DNA from: a virus
Lineage: Duplodnaviria; Caudoviricetes
IMG/VR virus record: IMGVR_UViG_3300043078_000170
DNA length: 64,000 nucleotides
Reading direction: 5' to 3' (one strand)
In this document: one piece after another, positions 9,399 to 19,746 of the stretch
Position numbering within the stretch: the stretch's first letter is position 1
Layout: each line of letters begins with the position of its first letter
The notes under the pieces: generated by a model
Database searches by the model: none
Told to the model about the DNA's origin: nothing
The model's input: the letters and a program-made list of their open reading frames with translations, nothing else
Position numbers and translations under genes: made by a program

Positions 9399-9920
9399 AT
9401 GGAAGAAAATGCAATAGATATTAATGAAACAACTTCTAAAGAGAATAAAGAATTCGAACAACCAGATGTTGAAATTTTTGATAGCTTTGAAAATTTCGAT
9501 GTTTTAACTGATTTAGTATTTGAAGGTAAAGAAGATGTTAATCTTAGAGATATTGATTATATGTGCAATTATATTTCTAAATATGAAGGTTGTGAAAATT
9601 GTATACTAAATTCTGGAAGGGTATGTGGTTTTGCTCTTCTATTAAAGAAATTTGGTACGACTAGTAGTTTAAATAATAATATCTTAAATTGGCTTAATGA
9701 TAATCCGCCGACAAGTTTCTTAATGGATATTAAAGAAAAAATGCCTAATGTAGATATTGATGATTATAATATACCAAATTTTTGTGTACAAAGTATTTAT
9801 GGAAAAGATTGTTGTGAATGTCTTATAGAAGATTCTAGTAAATTTGATAAGAAAGATATTTTATGTAGAAAGTGTTGGAGAACACCTATGGAAGAAGAAA
9901 TTAGAAAAGATTATCATTAA
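9399..9920 (+). CDS. Cys-rich hypothetical protein
   Basis: MC..CENC..C and C..CCEC..CRKCW clusters; AAGGAG RBS. Confidence 0.75.
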   Translation: MEENAIDINETTSKENKEFEQPDVEIFDSFENFDVLTDLVFEGKEDVNLRDIDYMCNYISKYEGCENCILNSGRVCGFALLLKKFGTTSSLNNNILNWLNDNPPTSFLMDIKEKMPNVDIDDYNIPNFCVQSIYGKDCCECLIEDSSKFDKKDILCRKCWRTPMEEEIRKDYH

Positions 9921-9924
9921 AAAT

Positions 9925-9956
9925 AACTCTTAAGGAATATAATTTCCTTAAGAGTT
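9925..9956. terminator. Bidirectional terminator
   Basis: AACTCTTAAGGAA/TTCCTTAAGAGTT between convergent genes. Confidence 0.75.
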
Positions 9957-9962
9957 TTATTA

Positions 9963-10625
9963 TCAAGAATTAGAATGAGTATGATTAATATAATCACTAA
10001 TAATAGTATCTACTGAAGAAGCTATCAATGAATCAATATATTCTTTAAGATTAGCATAACTAGATACTAAGTCTTCATCTAAGAAGTCCATAATATTTTC
10101 AATATTTTCTTCATCTGTGTCTAATCTTTCATTAATATCATCAATAGTACTAATTTTATTTTCTTTAAATTTATAAATCTTATTAGTATTCGTAACTGTT
10201 TTATCTTCATCTACTTCAATAATATCAGTTAATATTTCATTATTATTTTCTACTAAAGCTGAAGTATCTTCAATATTAAGATTTTCATCTAGATTTCTTA
10301 ATAAAGCGTAATCGTGTGAAGACATTAATCCATTATCTGAAGCAGTTGATAAATCAGATTTACTTCTAGATTTTAAATAATTATCGGTACTATTATAGAA
10401 TATTTGTGTATCACCGCCATTATATCTTAATAATAATGCTCTATTAGCACTTGAAGTATCATTCATATTATCAACTACATATGCCACATAATTATCCGAA
10501 TTTAATTCTAATGTTTGTATGGTATCTTCAAGATAATCATTAAAATCTTCAGGTGTTTTTGTAGTATCTGAAGTATTATCAGTTATAATTCTAAATTCTA
10601 ATTCAATTGAATTACTATCTGCCAT
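9963..10625 (-). CDS. Putative virion (tail/baseplate) protein
   Basis: Co-transcribed behind the gp5-like gene. ASDNGLMSSHDY resembles the GLMS motif of tail-fibre repeats. Confidence 0.5.
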   Translation of the reverse strand: MADSNSIELEFRIITDNTSDTTKTPEDFNDYLEDTIQTLELNSDNYVAYVVDNMNDTSSANRALLLRYNGGDTQIFYNSTDNYLKSRSKSDLSTASDNGLMSSHDYALLRNLDENLNIEDTSALVENNNEILTDIIEVDEDKTVTNTNKIYKFKENKISTIDDINERLDTDEENIENIMDFLDEDLVSSYANLKEYIDSLIASSVDTIISDYINHTHSNS

Positions 10626-10638
10626 TTATATCATCTCC

Positions 10639-11187
10639 TTAATTATAAGACCATTTAATTTTAGTTGATACATTAACTTTAGAAGTATTTCTAGTATTAT
10701 TTTCACTTTCAACTTTAATAGTAGTAACTCCATCAACTTTATTACTTTCAATTAATGCAATAGATTCTCCTTCAGTTAAGAATAATACATTTTCATAAAT
10801 ACAATTATTAGGATTATCATTTAAAAATGATACTAATACTTTTTCACCAACATCTGGTACTACTTCTTTAATAAATTCTTCCTTAGTAGTAGTTGTAGTA
10901 CTTCTATCTAGTAATACTCTAGCATATACATATTCTTGTTTATCTATTTTAGTAGTTAATTTTACATCATCATTTAATAAATGACTTGTTGATATATCTA
11001 CTGAGCTATCTATATTATTAATTGCAGGATTATACATATAACCAAATAATTCTGGAATAAATACTTTTATTTGTAAGGTATTTTCAAATTCTGAGTTATC
11101 TAATACATAACCTATATAATAACCACTAAAATTAAATCTATCTATAATTTTATTTTCAAATAAACTATAATTATTCAATAAAATCAC
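10639..11187 (-). CDS. Baseplate spike/hub protein with gp5/VgrG-like N-terminal OB fold
   Basis: GYYIGYVLDN...QIKVFIPEL and VPDVGEKVLVSFLNDNPNNCIY match the gp5 OB-fold signature (P.vG..V.V.F..gdp..p). Confidence 0.65.
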   Translation of the reverse strand: MILLNNYSLFENKIIDRFNFSGYYIGYVLDNSEFENTLQIKVFIPELFGYMYNPAINNIDSSVDISTSHLLNDDVKLTTKIDKQEYVYARVLLDRSTTTTTKEEFIKEVVPDVGEKVLVSFLNDNPNNCIYENVLFLTEGESIALIESNKVDGVTTIKVESENNTRNTSKVNVSTKIKWSYN

Positions 11188-11300
11188 TCCTTTATAATGA
11201 AAAGTTTAAATAAGAATTTATTTAAAATATATATTATTTTATTGTATTTAAAAATAATTTTTAAATATAATAATTAATTATTAAAAGGAGGAAAAAAAAA

Positions 11301-12527
11301 ATGATATTAACTAACGAACAAGAAATAGCTATTGAAAAAGCTAAAAAATGGTATCTAAGTGATAATAGAAAACCATTTGTAATTATGGGAGGTGCAGGAA
11401 CTGGTAAAAGTACAATTGTTAAGTATATTATTGAATCAATTGGTATTGATAAAGAAGTTAATACTAAATATGTAACATATACAGGTAAAGCAGCTTCAGT
11501 ATTAATCAAGAAAGGTAATAAAACTGCAACAACTATTCATAAACTCATTTATGATCCAATATTTGATAAAGATGGTAATGTAATTGGTTTTGATTTAAAA
11601 GAATCTTTAGATGAATTTATTAAATTAATTATTGTAGATGAATTCTATATGGTTAATAATCAAATAATGAAAGATCTTTTATCATTTGGTATTAAAATTA
11701 TTTGTCTAGGTGATAATAATCAATTACCACCACCATTTGGAGAAGTAAATGAATTATGTCAAAATCCAGATGCTTTATTAACTGAACCATTGAGACAATC
11801 ATTAGATAATCCAATTATTTATTTAGCAGAACAAGCTAGAAAACATAAATTCTTAAAAGTTGGTAATTATGGAGATGGTATTAATGTAATTAGAAAATCA
11901 GATTTAGATTTAGAACGTTTAATGAATTGTGATCAAATAATTGCAGGTAAAAATGATACAGTTAAAAAACTTAATAGTTTTTATAGAAATAATTTTAAAG
12001 GAATTAATAAAGATATTTGGATCCCTCAAAAAGGAGAAAAACTTATTTGCTTGAAGAATAATTGGAATTTAATTTGTAGTGAAGAAAAACTTCAAACTAA
12101 CTTAGTAAATGGATTAGGAGTTATTTTAGAGGATGATTTAGAAGTTTATAATTCTACAAAACATGGTTTAGCAACAGTTAGACCAGATTTTTATAATGAC
12201 CATGCATTTAAGAAAATTATTATTGATCTTCTTTATTTTGAATTTAATTTTAATAAAGAAGAAGATCTTTATAATTCTGATAATATTAAGAACTATAATT
12301 ATGGTGAATACTTAAAGAAAAGAAAAATATTCTTTGATAATCAATTAAATAAGATTAATAAATTTACATTTGGATATGCAATAACTTGTCATAAATCACA
12401 AGGTTCTGAATGGGATGATGTTTATTTTATTTTTGAGCCATTTAAAGGTTATAAAGATCCTTTATACTGGCAGATGCTATATACAGGTATTACAAGAGCA
12501 TCTAAAAAATTAACTGTTTGTATTTAA
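11301..12527 (+). CDS. SF1B helicase, RecD/Dda-like
   Basis: Walker A GGAGTGKS, TIHKL, IVDE, LGDNNQLPP, YAITCHKSQGSEW, LYTGITRA. Confidence 0.92.
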   Translation: MILTNEQEIAIEKAKKWYLSDNRKPFVIMGGAGTGKSTIVKYIIESIGIDKEVNTKYVTYTGKAASVLIKKGNKTATTIHKLIYDPIFDKDGNVIGFDLKESLDEFIKLIIVDEFYMVNNQIMKDLLSFGIKIICLGDNNQLPPPFGEVNELCQNPDALLTEPLRQSLDNPIIYLAEQARKHKFLKVGNYGDGINVIRKSDLDLERLMNCDQIIAGKNDTVKKLNSFYRNNFKGINKDIWIPQKGEKLICLKNNWNLICSEEKLQTNLVNGLGVILEDDLEVYNSTKHGLATVRPDFYNDHAFKKIIIDLLYFEFNFNKEEDLYNSDNIKNYNYGEYLKKRKIFFDNQLNKINKFTFGYAITCHKSQGSEWDDVYFIFEPFKGYKDPLYWQMLYTGITRASKKLTVCI

Positions 12528-12617
12528 TAAAAATTATTTATACCTTTAATACTTCGGTATTAAAGGTTTTATTTTAAAGGTAACAATCAATTAAATTCCT
12601 AGGAGGTACAAGGAAAA

Positions 12618-13883
12618 ATGAAAACTATGCGTGAAACTTTAGATGACATTAAATCTGGCTCAACATCAGCTAGAAAGATAACAAATATGAATAAAGGATT
12701 AAAAACAATGCAAAGTAGATCCAGTAATAAATTTAAAGGATTTACCATTGATTTGAACAATCCAACAAATGAAATGTTTAATGATATTGATTCAATGATT
12801 AATGAATGGGAATTCAAGATTAAAGATGAATATGGTATCATTAATAAAAACTTCTTTGAAGATGGTAAAGGAAGATGTGAATTTTGTGGCAAAGTAGGTT
12901 GTAAATCATTATATAGAATTGTAAACCATAAAACTAATAAAAGTATGGAAATAGCATCACAATGTATTAAATTATATCAAATTCCAACTTATATTGATGG
13001 AGAACCAATTTCTATTGAAGAAGGTTTTGATTATATTAATAAACTTAATGATATTTCAAAAAGTGAATATGGTAAGTTATTTACAATTTGTAATCAAAAT
13101 AATTTAATAATTCTTAATAATAATCCTAAATACAAAGAAGAATATTTAAATTATCTTAAAGATTATGGAAGAATTATTTATAGCGTAATTGATAAAACTG
13201 AGAGAGAAGGTAAAATTCCAGATAAGGAAGAATTGAATGAAGTATTTGATGCTCATCACTCTTTTTATATTTTCTCAAAAGATATGAATAATGAAGGATT
13301 AGTAACCTTCGTTCCAGGTGCTGCAGCAGTATTAAATAATACTTTTAAATATTCAGCAAAATTTAAAGTTATTTTAAATAATTTATTAGCAGAATATTGT
13401 AGAAATAATACTGAAGATAAAAAGTTTAATTTCTATAATGCAGCTAAAAAAGCTTTTGATATAACTAAAGATTTTAATTGTTTCGATATTTATTCAATAG
13501 CTTCTGTAAGATTTTGGACTAAAGAAAGATTTGTTAAAGAATCTAATAGACCAAATATATTTGATTTAGTTGGTTTAATAGTATTAATGCCAAATAATAA
13601 AAAAGAAGCAACTGATGTTTTTAAAATGTATAAATTCCCTCAAGAAGTTTTAGGAAAAACGACTCTTAAAGAATATGTTTCAAAGTATGTTGAATCATTA
13701 TATAAAAATATCATTAAAAAGGATGATTTAAATGAATTTGATAAATTTATTATTATGATTCATGATGAAGTTATTGGAACTATCATGCCTTCTTTCTTAA
13801 AAGATAGAGATGATAGAATTGAAAATAAAAATAATAAACCTAAGAAAAATATTCGTCATAAAAGTAGAAATAATTTAGTATAA
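12618..13883 (+). CDS. Hypothetical protein with Zn-binding motif
   Basis: CEFCG...IASQC; AGGAGG RBS. Confidence 0.75.
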   Translation: MKTMRETLDDIKSGSTSARKITNMNKGLKTMQSRSSNKFKGFTIDLNNPTNEMFNDIDSMINEWEFKIKDEYGIINKNFFEDGKGRCEFCGKVGCKSLYRIVNHKTNKSMEIASQCIKLYQIPTYIDGEPISIEEGFDYINKLNDISKSEYGKLFTICNQNNLIILNNNPKYKEEYLNYLKDYGRIIYSVIDKTEREGKIPDKEELNEVFDAHHSFYIFSKDMNNEGLVTFVPGAAAVLNNTFKYSAKFKVILNNLLAEYCRNNTEDKKFNFYNAAKKAFDITKDFNCFDIYSIASVRFWTKERFVKESNRPNIFDLVGLIVLMPNNKKEATDVFKMYKFPQEVLGKTTLKEYVSKYVESLYKNIIKKDDLNEFDKFIIMIHDEVIGTIMPSFLKDRDDRIENKNNKPKKNIRHKSRNNLV

Positions 13884-13900
13884 AAAAGGAGATTAATAAA

Positions 13901-14140
13901 ATGCTTAAGGTAATTTTAGTATTGTTAATTATTGCATTATTATATGCTTTAAATGGAATTAGAAAGAATATTAAGTATAATAAAGTTGTATCTGAATATA
14001 ATAAAATCTTTGAAAAGTATGAAAAGCTTAAGAGAAGATATGAAGATAATGATGAAAGTGTTAAAGAAGAATTAGATGATCTCGAATTTAAGTTAAATGA
14101 TCTTGAAGCTCAATTAAGAGTACTTGATTGTGGTTTTTAA
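13901..14140 (+). CDS. Small protein with N-terminal TM/signal anchor and coiled coil
   Basis: MLKVILVLLIIALLYAL; AAGGAG RBS. Confidence 0.75.
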   Translation: MLKVILVLLIIALLYALNGIRKNIKYNKVVSEYNKIFEKYEKLKRRYEDNDESVKEELDDLEFKLNDLEAQLRVLDCGF

Positions 14141-14249
14141 TTAATTAGGGCTAAGTGAAATATTAATCAAATATTTTACTTAGCTCTTTTTTATTTATAT
14201 ATTATTTAAATGGTGTTAAAAACACTAATAAAATTCATTAAGGAGGATA

Positions 14250-16931
14250 ATGATGAATAAAAGTAATCATTACAATGAAAATTCAATTAAGGTTTATGAA
14301 TATCCAGAAAATATTCAGAATAAACCAACTATGTACATCGGAAATATTGGAATGGAAGGTTGTACTCATTTAATTAGAGAATTAATGGATAATTCTATTG
14401 ATGAATGTTTAAATGGTTTTGGTAATAAAATTATTATTAAAATCTCTAATAAAAAAGGTTCTGCTTCAGTAGAAGATTTTGGTCGTGGTATTCCGCCTAC
14501 AGCTATTGAAAAAGCATTTTGTACGCTCCATGCATCAGGTAAATTTGATAATAATGAATATTCAGCGTCTGCTGGTACAAATGGTGTAGGAACTACTGCA
14601 GTAAATGCACTATCAAAATCATTTATTGTAGAAAGTGTTAGAGAAAATAAACATTATATTCAGAAATTTAGTAATGGTCTTCCAATTACTAAATTAAAAT
14701 GCACTGGTGATTCAGATAAATCATCTGGTACTAAAGTTTATATTGAACCTAATAAAGATTTTATGGAAGAAGTTAATTTTGATTTTGAAACTATTAAATT
14801 TGAACTTGAAACTAAGAAATATGTCTTAAAGAATGTAGAATTCATTTTAATTAATGAAGATACTAATGAAGAATTTAAGTTTCTTTCAGCTAATGGTATT
14901 GATGATTATATTAAAGATAACATTAAAGAATCAATATGTAGAACTATTAAAATCTCAAATGATGTTGAATTTAATAAAAGAAATAAAACATCTAAGTTTA
15001 ATGTAGAATTAGCTTTTTCATATGATAAGAAATCACGTATTAATATTATTTCTTTTTGTAATTCATTATTAATGAGAGAAGGAGGTATTCAAGAAACAAC
15101 TTTTAAAACTTCTCTAACAAGATTCTTTAAAAGCTATATAGAAAATAATAATCTATTAGCTAAAAAGGATGAAGGACTCTTAGATAAAATTAATGGTGAT
15201 CATGTAACTGATGGCTTAGTAGCTATTATTAGTATTAGACATCCTGATCCATTATTTGAAAATCAGACTAAGAATAAATTAAAGTCTAAAGAAATTGGAT
15301 TAATTTCTAAACTTATTTCAGAAGCTCTTGATAATTTTGCTAGTTCTAACACAAAAGATATAAAGAATATTTGTAATAAAATTATTATTAGCATTAAAGC
15401 TTATGAAGCAGCTAAAAAGGCTAGAGAGACCGTTCAGAAAAAAGGAGAAAATCAATTCGCTATTGTAAGTGATCTTTCTAAATTGGCTAATTGTATTTCA
15501 AAAGATACAGAAGTTAATGAAATATTTATTACTGAAGGACGTTCAGCATCTGGTACAGCAAAAGAAGCTAGAGATAAAAATACTCAAGCAGTTTATAGCT
15601 TAAGAGGTAAAATGCTTAATACTATTGGTATGGATACTTTAAAAGTTCTTGCTAATAAAGAATGTGCTGATTTAGCTTATATTTTAACAGGTATTAAAAA
15701 TGCCATCGATGATAATTTTAATATTGACTATTTAAAATATGGAAAAGTTATAATGTTATGTGATGCAGATGTTGATGGATATCATATTAGTATGCTTGGT
15801 CTAACTTATATATTTGAACATATGAGACCAATTATTACAGAAGGTCATATGTATATAGCTATTCCACCTTTATATTCTATTATTGAAAAAGGTAAGAAAA
15901 GATATTTTGTAGACCAGTATGAATATGACCAGTATATTTATGAAAAGATTCTTAAGAATTATAAATTCATTGAAAATAATAAGCCTGTTAAAACTATTAA
16001 GAAACTTACAAGAATATTTGAAGAATATGATAAGATTTCTAAATATATTGAAGAGATTGTCAATAATAATATTGGTGTTAGTAAGGAATTAATTTTTAGT
16101 CTTTTTAATTATTTATTAGATAATGATTATACTAAAGAAAATATTGTTAAATTTTTAAAAGGTTGTAATGATATTATTCTTAATGATAAAAAGTATGAAG
16201 GATTCTTTAATGAAAATTATGTATATTTTACGTTAAATAATATTATTAGTATTTTTAATAATATCTTTAAATATGCTAATGATAATAATATTTCATTCAG
16301 TGATATATATTATAATAATGATCAAAGTGATAATTATAATCCTTTTAATATCAGTGTTTATGATGAAATCATTTCAGCAGTAACTCCTAAAAGCAGAGTT
16401 CGCTTAAAGGGTAAAACCTATGCCCCATATAATAGTAATATTATATAGAAAACTCTTCTAAACAGGGAAACTCTTAATATTATAAATTAAGACAATCCTG
16501 TGCTAATAAAAATGTGCAACGACTATCGAAACCATAGACTATTAAAAATAGTTGATGAAGGGAGTAGAGTACCTCCAAGTGGCAGGGAAATGAAGAGCTA
16601 GTCCTAATTGAAATATTAGGCAGATGATATAGTCTCAACGAGTTTGAAATAACTCCTTCTACTGTGAAATTCAGTAGTCGTCTATAGTGATGTAGAGAAG
16701 TTCATAAGGGAACTGCATAAGATTAACGACCTTATGTGAAGGTAATTGTTAGGTGAAATGGATGCTAATGAATTAAGAGATACAACACTTGATAAAGAAA
16801 AAAGAAATATTTATAAAATTGAAATTCCAGATGTTAAAAAAGCAGAGGAATCAATGAATAACTTTATGAATGGTAATTCTAAGTATGTTGATTTTAGAAA
16901 GAATATACTTTTAACTAAACAGCCAAATTAA
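14250..16931 (+). CDS. gyrB: Type IIA topoisomerase (gyrase) B subunit; exons 14250..16412 + 16749..16931 (781 aa spliced)
   Basis: GHKL motifs ELMDNSIDE, DFGRGIP, GTNGVGTTAVNALS; TOPRIM EGRSA, LRGKMLN, DADVDGYHI. The conserved R.KG|LGEM is restored by splicing. Confidence 0.93.
16413..16748 (+). ncRNA. Group I intron (ORF-less, 336 nt) in gyrB
   Basis: 5' exon ends GGGU and pairs with IGS GCCC (U.G). ACCUA pairs with 3' exon UAGGU. Core AAUCCUGUGCUAA, CAACGACUA, GAUAUAGUCU. Terminal G. Confidence 0.93.
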
Positions 16932-16948
16932 GGAGGAAAATAAAATAA

Positions 16949-19450
16949 ATGGGAGTAATCAATATTAATTTAACAGATCTTCAAGAGGATTATATGATTA
17001 AATATATGAGATCTGTGTTAGAAGATAGAGCTATTGCAGATGTTAGGGATGGAATGAAGCCTATTCAAAGATATTGTGTTTGGGATGAATATAATAATGG
17101 TTGTCTTCCTGATAAGCCACATGTAAAGTGTGCTATGACCGTAGGAAGCGTTATTGGTAAATGGAGTCCTCATGGTGATGCATCGGCTTATGGTGCATTA
17201 ACTAGACTAGCACAAAACTTTTCAATTAATATTCCAATAATTGATGGACATGGAAATATGGGTAGTATTAATGGAGATTGTCCAGGTGCTTATAGATACT
17301 GTGAGTCGAGACTTTCAAAATATGGTTTATCATTATGTGATGATATTAATAATAATGCAGTAGATTTTGTTCCAAACTATTCTAATATGTTTCAAGAACC
17401 AACTGTATTACCTGCAAAGGTTTGTAATCTTTTAATTCAAGGTTCTTTAGGTATTGCTAGTGGTTTTGTTTCTTCAATTCCACCTCATAATATTAATGAT
17501 GTATGTAATGCTACTATAAAGCTTGTTAAAGAACCAGACACTGATGAGAATTATTTTGCAAGAACTCTTAAACCAGATTTTCCCACAGGAGGTATTATAT
17601 GTAATACTTCTGAAATTCAAAACGCTTATAAAACTGGTAAAGGTAATATTAAAATAAGATCTCATGTAGAAATTAAAACACATAAAAATGGAAGTAGCTC
17701 AATAATTATTAAAGATATTCCTTATCTTGTTACAATTGGTCCAAGAATTGTTCCAGGAGCTTCTAGCAATGATGATGGTGGTCTAATTAATAGTATTGTA
17801 AATAAAATTAAAGATAGTACTATTGATGGTATTTCTGATATTCAAGATCATTCTACTGGTATGGATATTAATATTGAGATAAAGATTAAAAAGGATTATG
17901 ACCCTAATGTAATTTTAGCTCAATTATATAAATATACTAAAATGGAATTCTCTTATAAGATTCAATTAGTTTGTCTTAATGATAAGAAGTATAGTTATTA
18001 TTCAATTAAAAAAATTCTTGAAGAATTCATTGAATTTAGAAAGAAGACAATTAAAAGAGTAGTAGTATATAATATCAATAAACTTAAGAGACGTATTCAT
18101 ATCATTGATGGTCTTATTATGGCTTTGAATGTAATTGATGATGTTATCAAAATTATTAAAAAGTCTAAGGATAAAAATATTGCTAGAGATAGTCTTAAAA
18201 AGAAACTTCCTAAATTAACTTTATTCCAGATTGATGCTATTTTGGATATGAAACTATCTTCTTTAACTAATTTAGAGATTAATAAACTAGTTGATGAGAA
18301 AAATGAAAAAGAAAATAAAGTTAAAGAATTGATTGAAGATCTTAAAGAAGAAAATATCTGTAAAAGAATTATTGATGAACAAAATGAATACAAAAAGAAG
18401 TATGGTTATCCATTAAGAACAGAATATCAAGATATTGATACTAATATTACTACTGAAGATATTATTGAAAAAGAAGATTGTGTTTTAGTATTAACTAATG
18501 ATAATTATATTAAGAGACTTTCTGCTGATAAATTTAAAACACAAAAAAGAAATACACAAGGTAATAATATAACTAATAGCGTTAAAGATATATTCTCAAC
18601 AAATACTAAAGATCATTTATTATGCTTTACAAATCTTGGAAGAGTATTTGATATTAAAGTATATAATATTAATGAAGGATCTATTAAAAGTAAAGGTATG
18701 AGAATTCCACTAAATCTTAAACCAGATGAAAAAGTTATTAAATTCTTATGTCTAAGTGATGAAAAGATTTCTGATCCTAATTCTTATTTAATGTTTGTTA
18801 CTAAAAATGGATTAGGTAAAAGAACTTCTCTAGAAGAATTTAAGAATATTAATAAAGCAGGAATTATTGCAATAGACCTCAAAGAAAATGATAAAATAGT
18901 ATTTGTTGGTTATATTGACAATAATAAAGATATTCAAGATATTATTATAGCTACAGAAAATGGATTAACTGTAAGATATGATAAAGAACAATTTAAACCT
19001 ATTGGAAGAACTACACAAGGTAATGTAGTTATGAAATTATTAGACGATGATCATATTGCAAGTGCTTGTATCATTGATGATGAAAATGATAAGATATTCT
19101 TTATAACACAGAATGGATTAGGTAAAACTACTTTGGTAACAGATAATGTTAAAAAGAAAGATCCTAATACTAAAAAAGAAGTAATCATTAATGATGGTTT
19201 TCCAAGACTTAAAAGAAGTGCTACAATTAAAGGAAGAATTGGTATAACTCTTAAAAATGATAAACTAGTAGAAATTATTCCTATTCATAATAATGATGAT
19301 ATTAAAGATATTATAATTACAACTAAACAAAAAGTTTTAACAATTAGCACTGAAGAATTCCTAGAGCCATTAAAAAGAGCTACTATGGGTAAGAAATTAA
19401 TTAATATTAAAGATGAAAATGATTTTATCGTTAATATTGCACTCAGATAA
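16949..19450 (+). CDS. gyrA: Type IIA topoisomerase (gyrase) A subunit
   Basis: RAIADVRDGMKPIQR, SPHGDAS, AYRYCESRL catalytic Tyr, C-terminal beta-pinwheel repeats; degenerate GyrA box QKRNTQG. Confidence 0.93.
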   Translation: MGVININLTDLQEDYMIKYMRSVLEDRAIADVRDGMKPIQRYCVWDEYNNGCLPDKPHVKCAMTVGSVIGKWSPHGDASAYGALTRLAQNFSINIPIIDGHGNMGSINGDCPGAYRYCESRLSKYGLSLCDDINNNAVDFVPNYSNMFQEPTVLPAKVCNLLIQGSLGIASGFVSSIPPHNINDVCNATIKLVKEPDTDENYFARTLKPDFPTGGIICNTSEIQNAYKTGKGNIKIRSHVEIKTHKNGSSSIIIKDIPYLVTIGPRIVPGASSNDDGGLINSIVNKIKDSTIDGISDIQDHSTGMDINIEIKIKKDYDPNVILAQLYKYTKMEFSYKIQLVCLNDKKYSYYSIKKILEEFIEFRKKTIKRVVVYNINKLKRRIHIIDGLIMALNVIDDVIKIIKKSKDKNIARDSLKKKLPKLTLFQIDAILDMKLSSLTNLEINKLVDEKNEKENKVKELIEDLKEENICKRIIDEQNEYKKKYGYPLRTEYQDIDTNITTEDIIEKEDCVLVLTNDNYIKRLSADKFKTQKRNTQGNNITNSVKDIFSTNTKDHLLCFTNLGRVFDIKVYNINEGSIKSKGMRIPLNLKPDEKVIKFLCLSDEKISDPNSYLMFVTKNGLGKRTSLEEFKNINKAGIIAIDLKENDKIVFVGYIDNNKDIQDIIIATENGLTVRYDKEQFKPIGRTTQGNVVMKLLDDDHIASACIIDDENDKIFFITQNGLGKTTLVTDNVKKKDPNTKKEVIINDGFPRLKRSATIKGRIGITLKNDKLVEIIPIHNNDDIKDIIITTKQKVLTISTEEFLEPLKRATMGKKLINIKDENDFIVNIALR

Positions 19451-19463
19451 AGGAGAGATTAAT

Positions 19464-19628
19464 ATGAAATCTGTTGTTATTGTAAGATCTGAAGACACTA
19501 AAACAATTTATGGTGTTTTTGAAAATGATGAAAAAGCTGATGAGTATATTAAAGATTTAACTAAAAATAATCCAAATCTTTTTGATGAAAATAATAGATT
19601 ACAAAAGATGCACTGGTCTGTAAGATAA
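19464..19628 (+). CDS. Small hypothetical protein (54 aa)
   Basis: AAGGAG RBS before ATG 19464; IYGVFENDEKA motif. Confidence 0.7.
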   Translation: MKSVVIVRSEDTKTIYGVFENDEKADEYIKDLTKNNPNLFDENNRLQKMHWSVR

Positions 19629-19640
19629 AATTTTTATATG

Positions 19641-19736
19641 TTCCCTTAGTATATATTAAATATACTAAGGGAATATTTTTTTTTTGTAAAATATCGAAAA
19701 AAAAAATCCCTTAACTATTTTTAAATAGTTAAGGGA
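19641..19736. terminator. Pair of terminators between convergent units
   Basis: Hairpins at 19641-19673 (T run after) and 19707-19736 (A run before). Confidence 0.75.
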
Positions 19737-19746
19737 AATTTATTAA

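Noticed and set aside
16746-16931. Separate small gene or gyrB pseudogene
   Set aside because: It is exon 2 of gyrB; group I splicing restores KG|LGEM.
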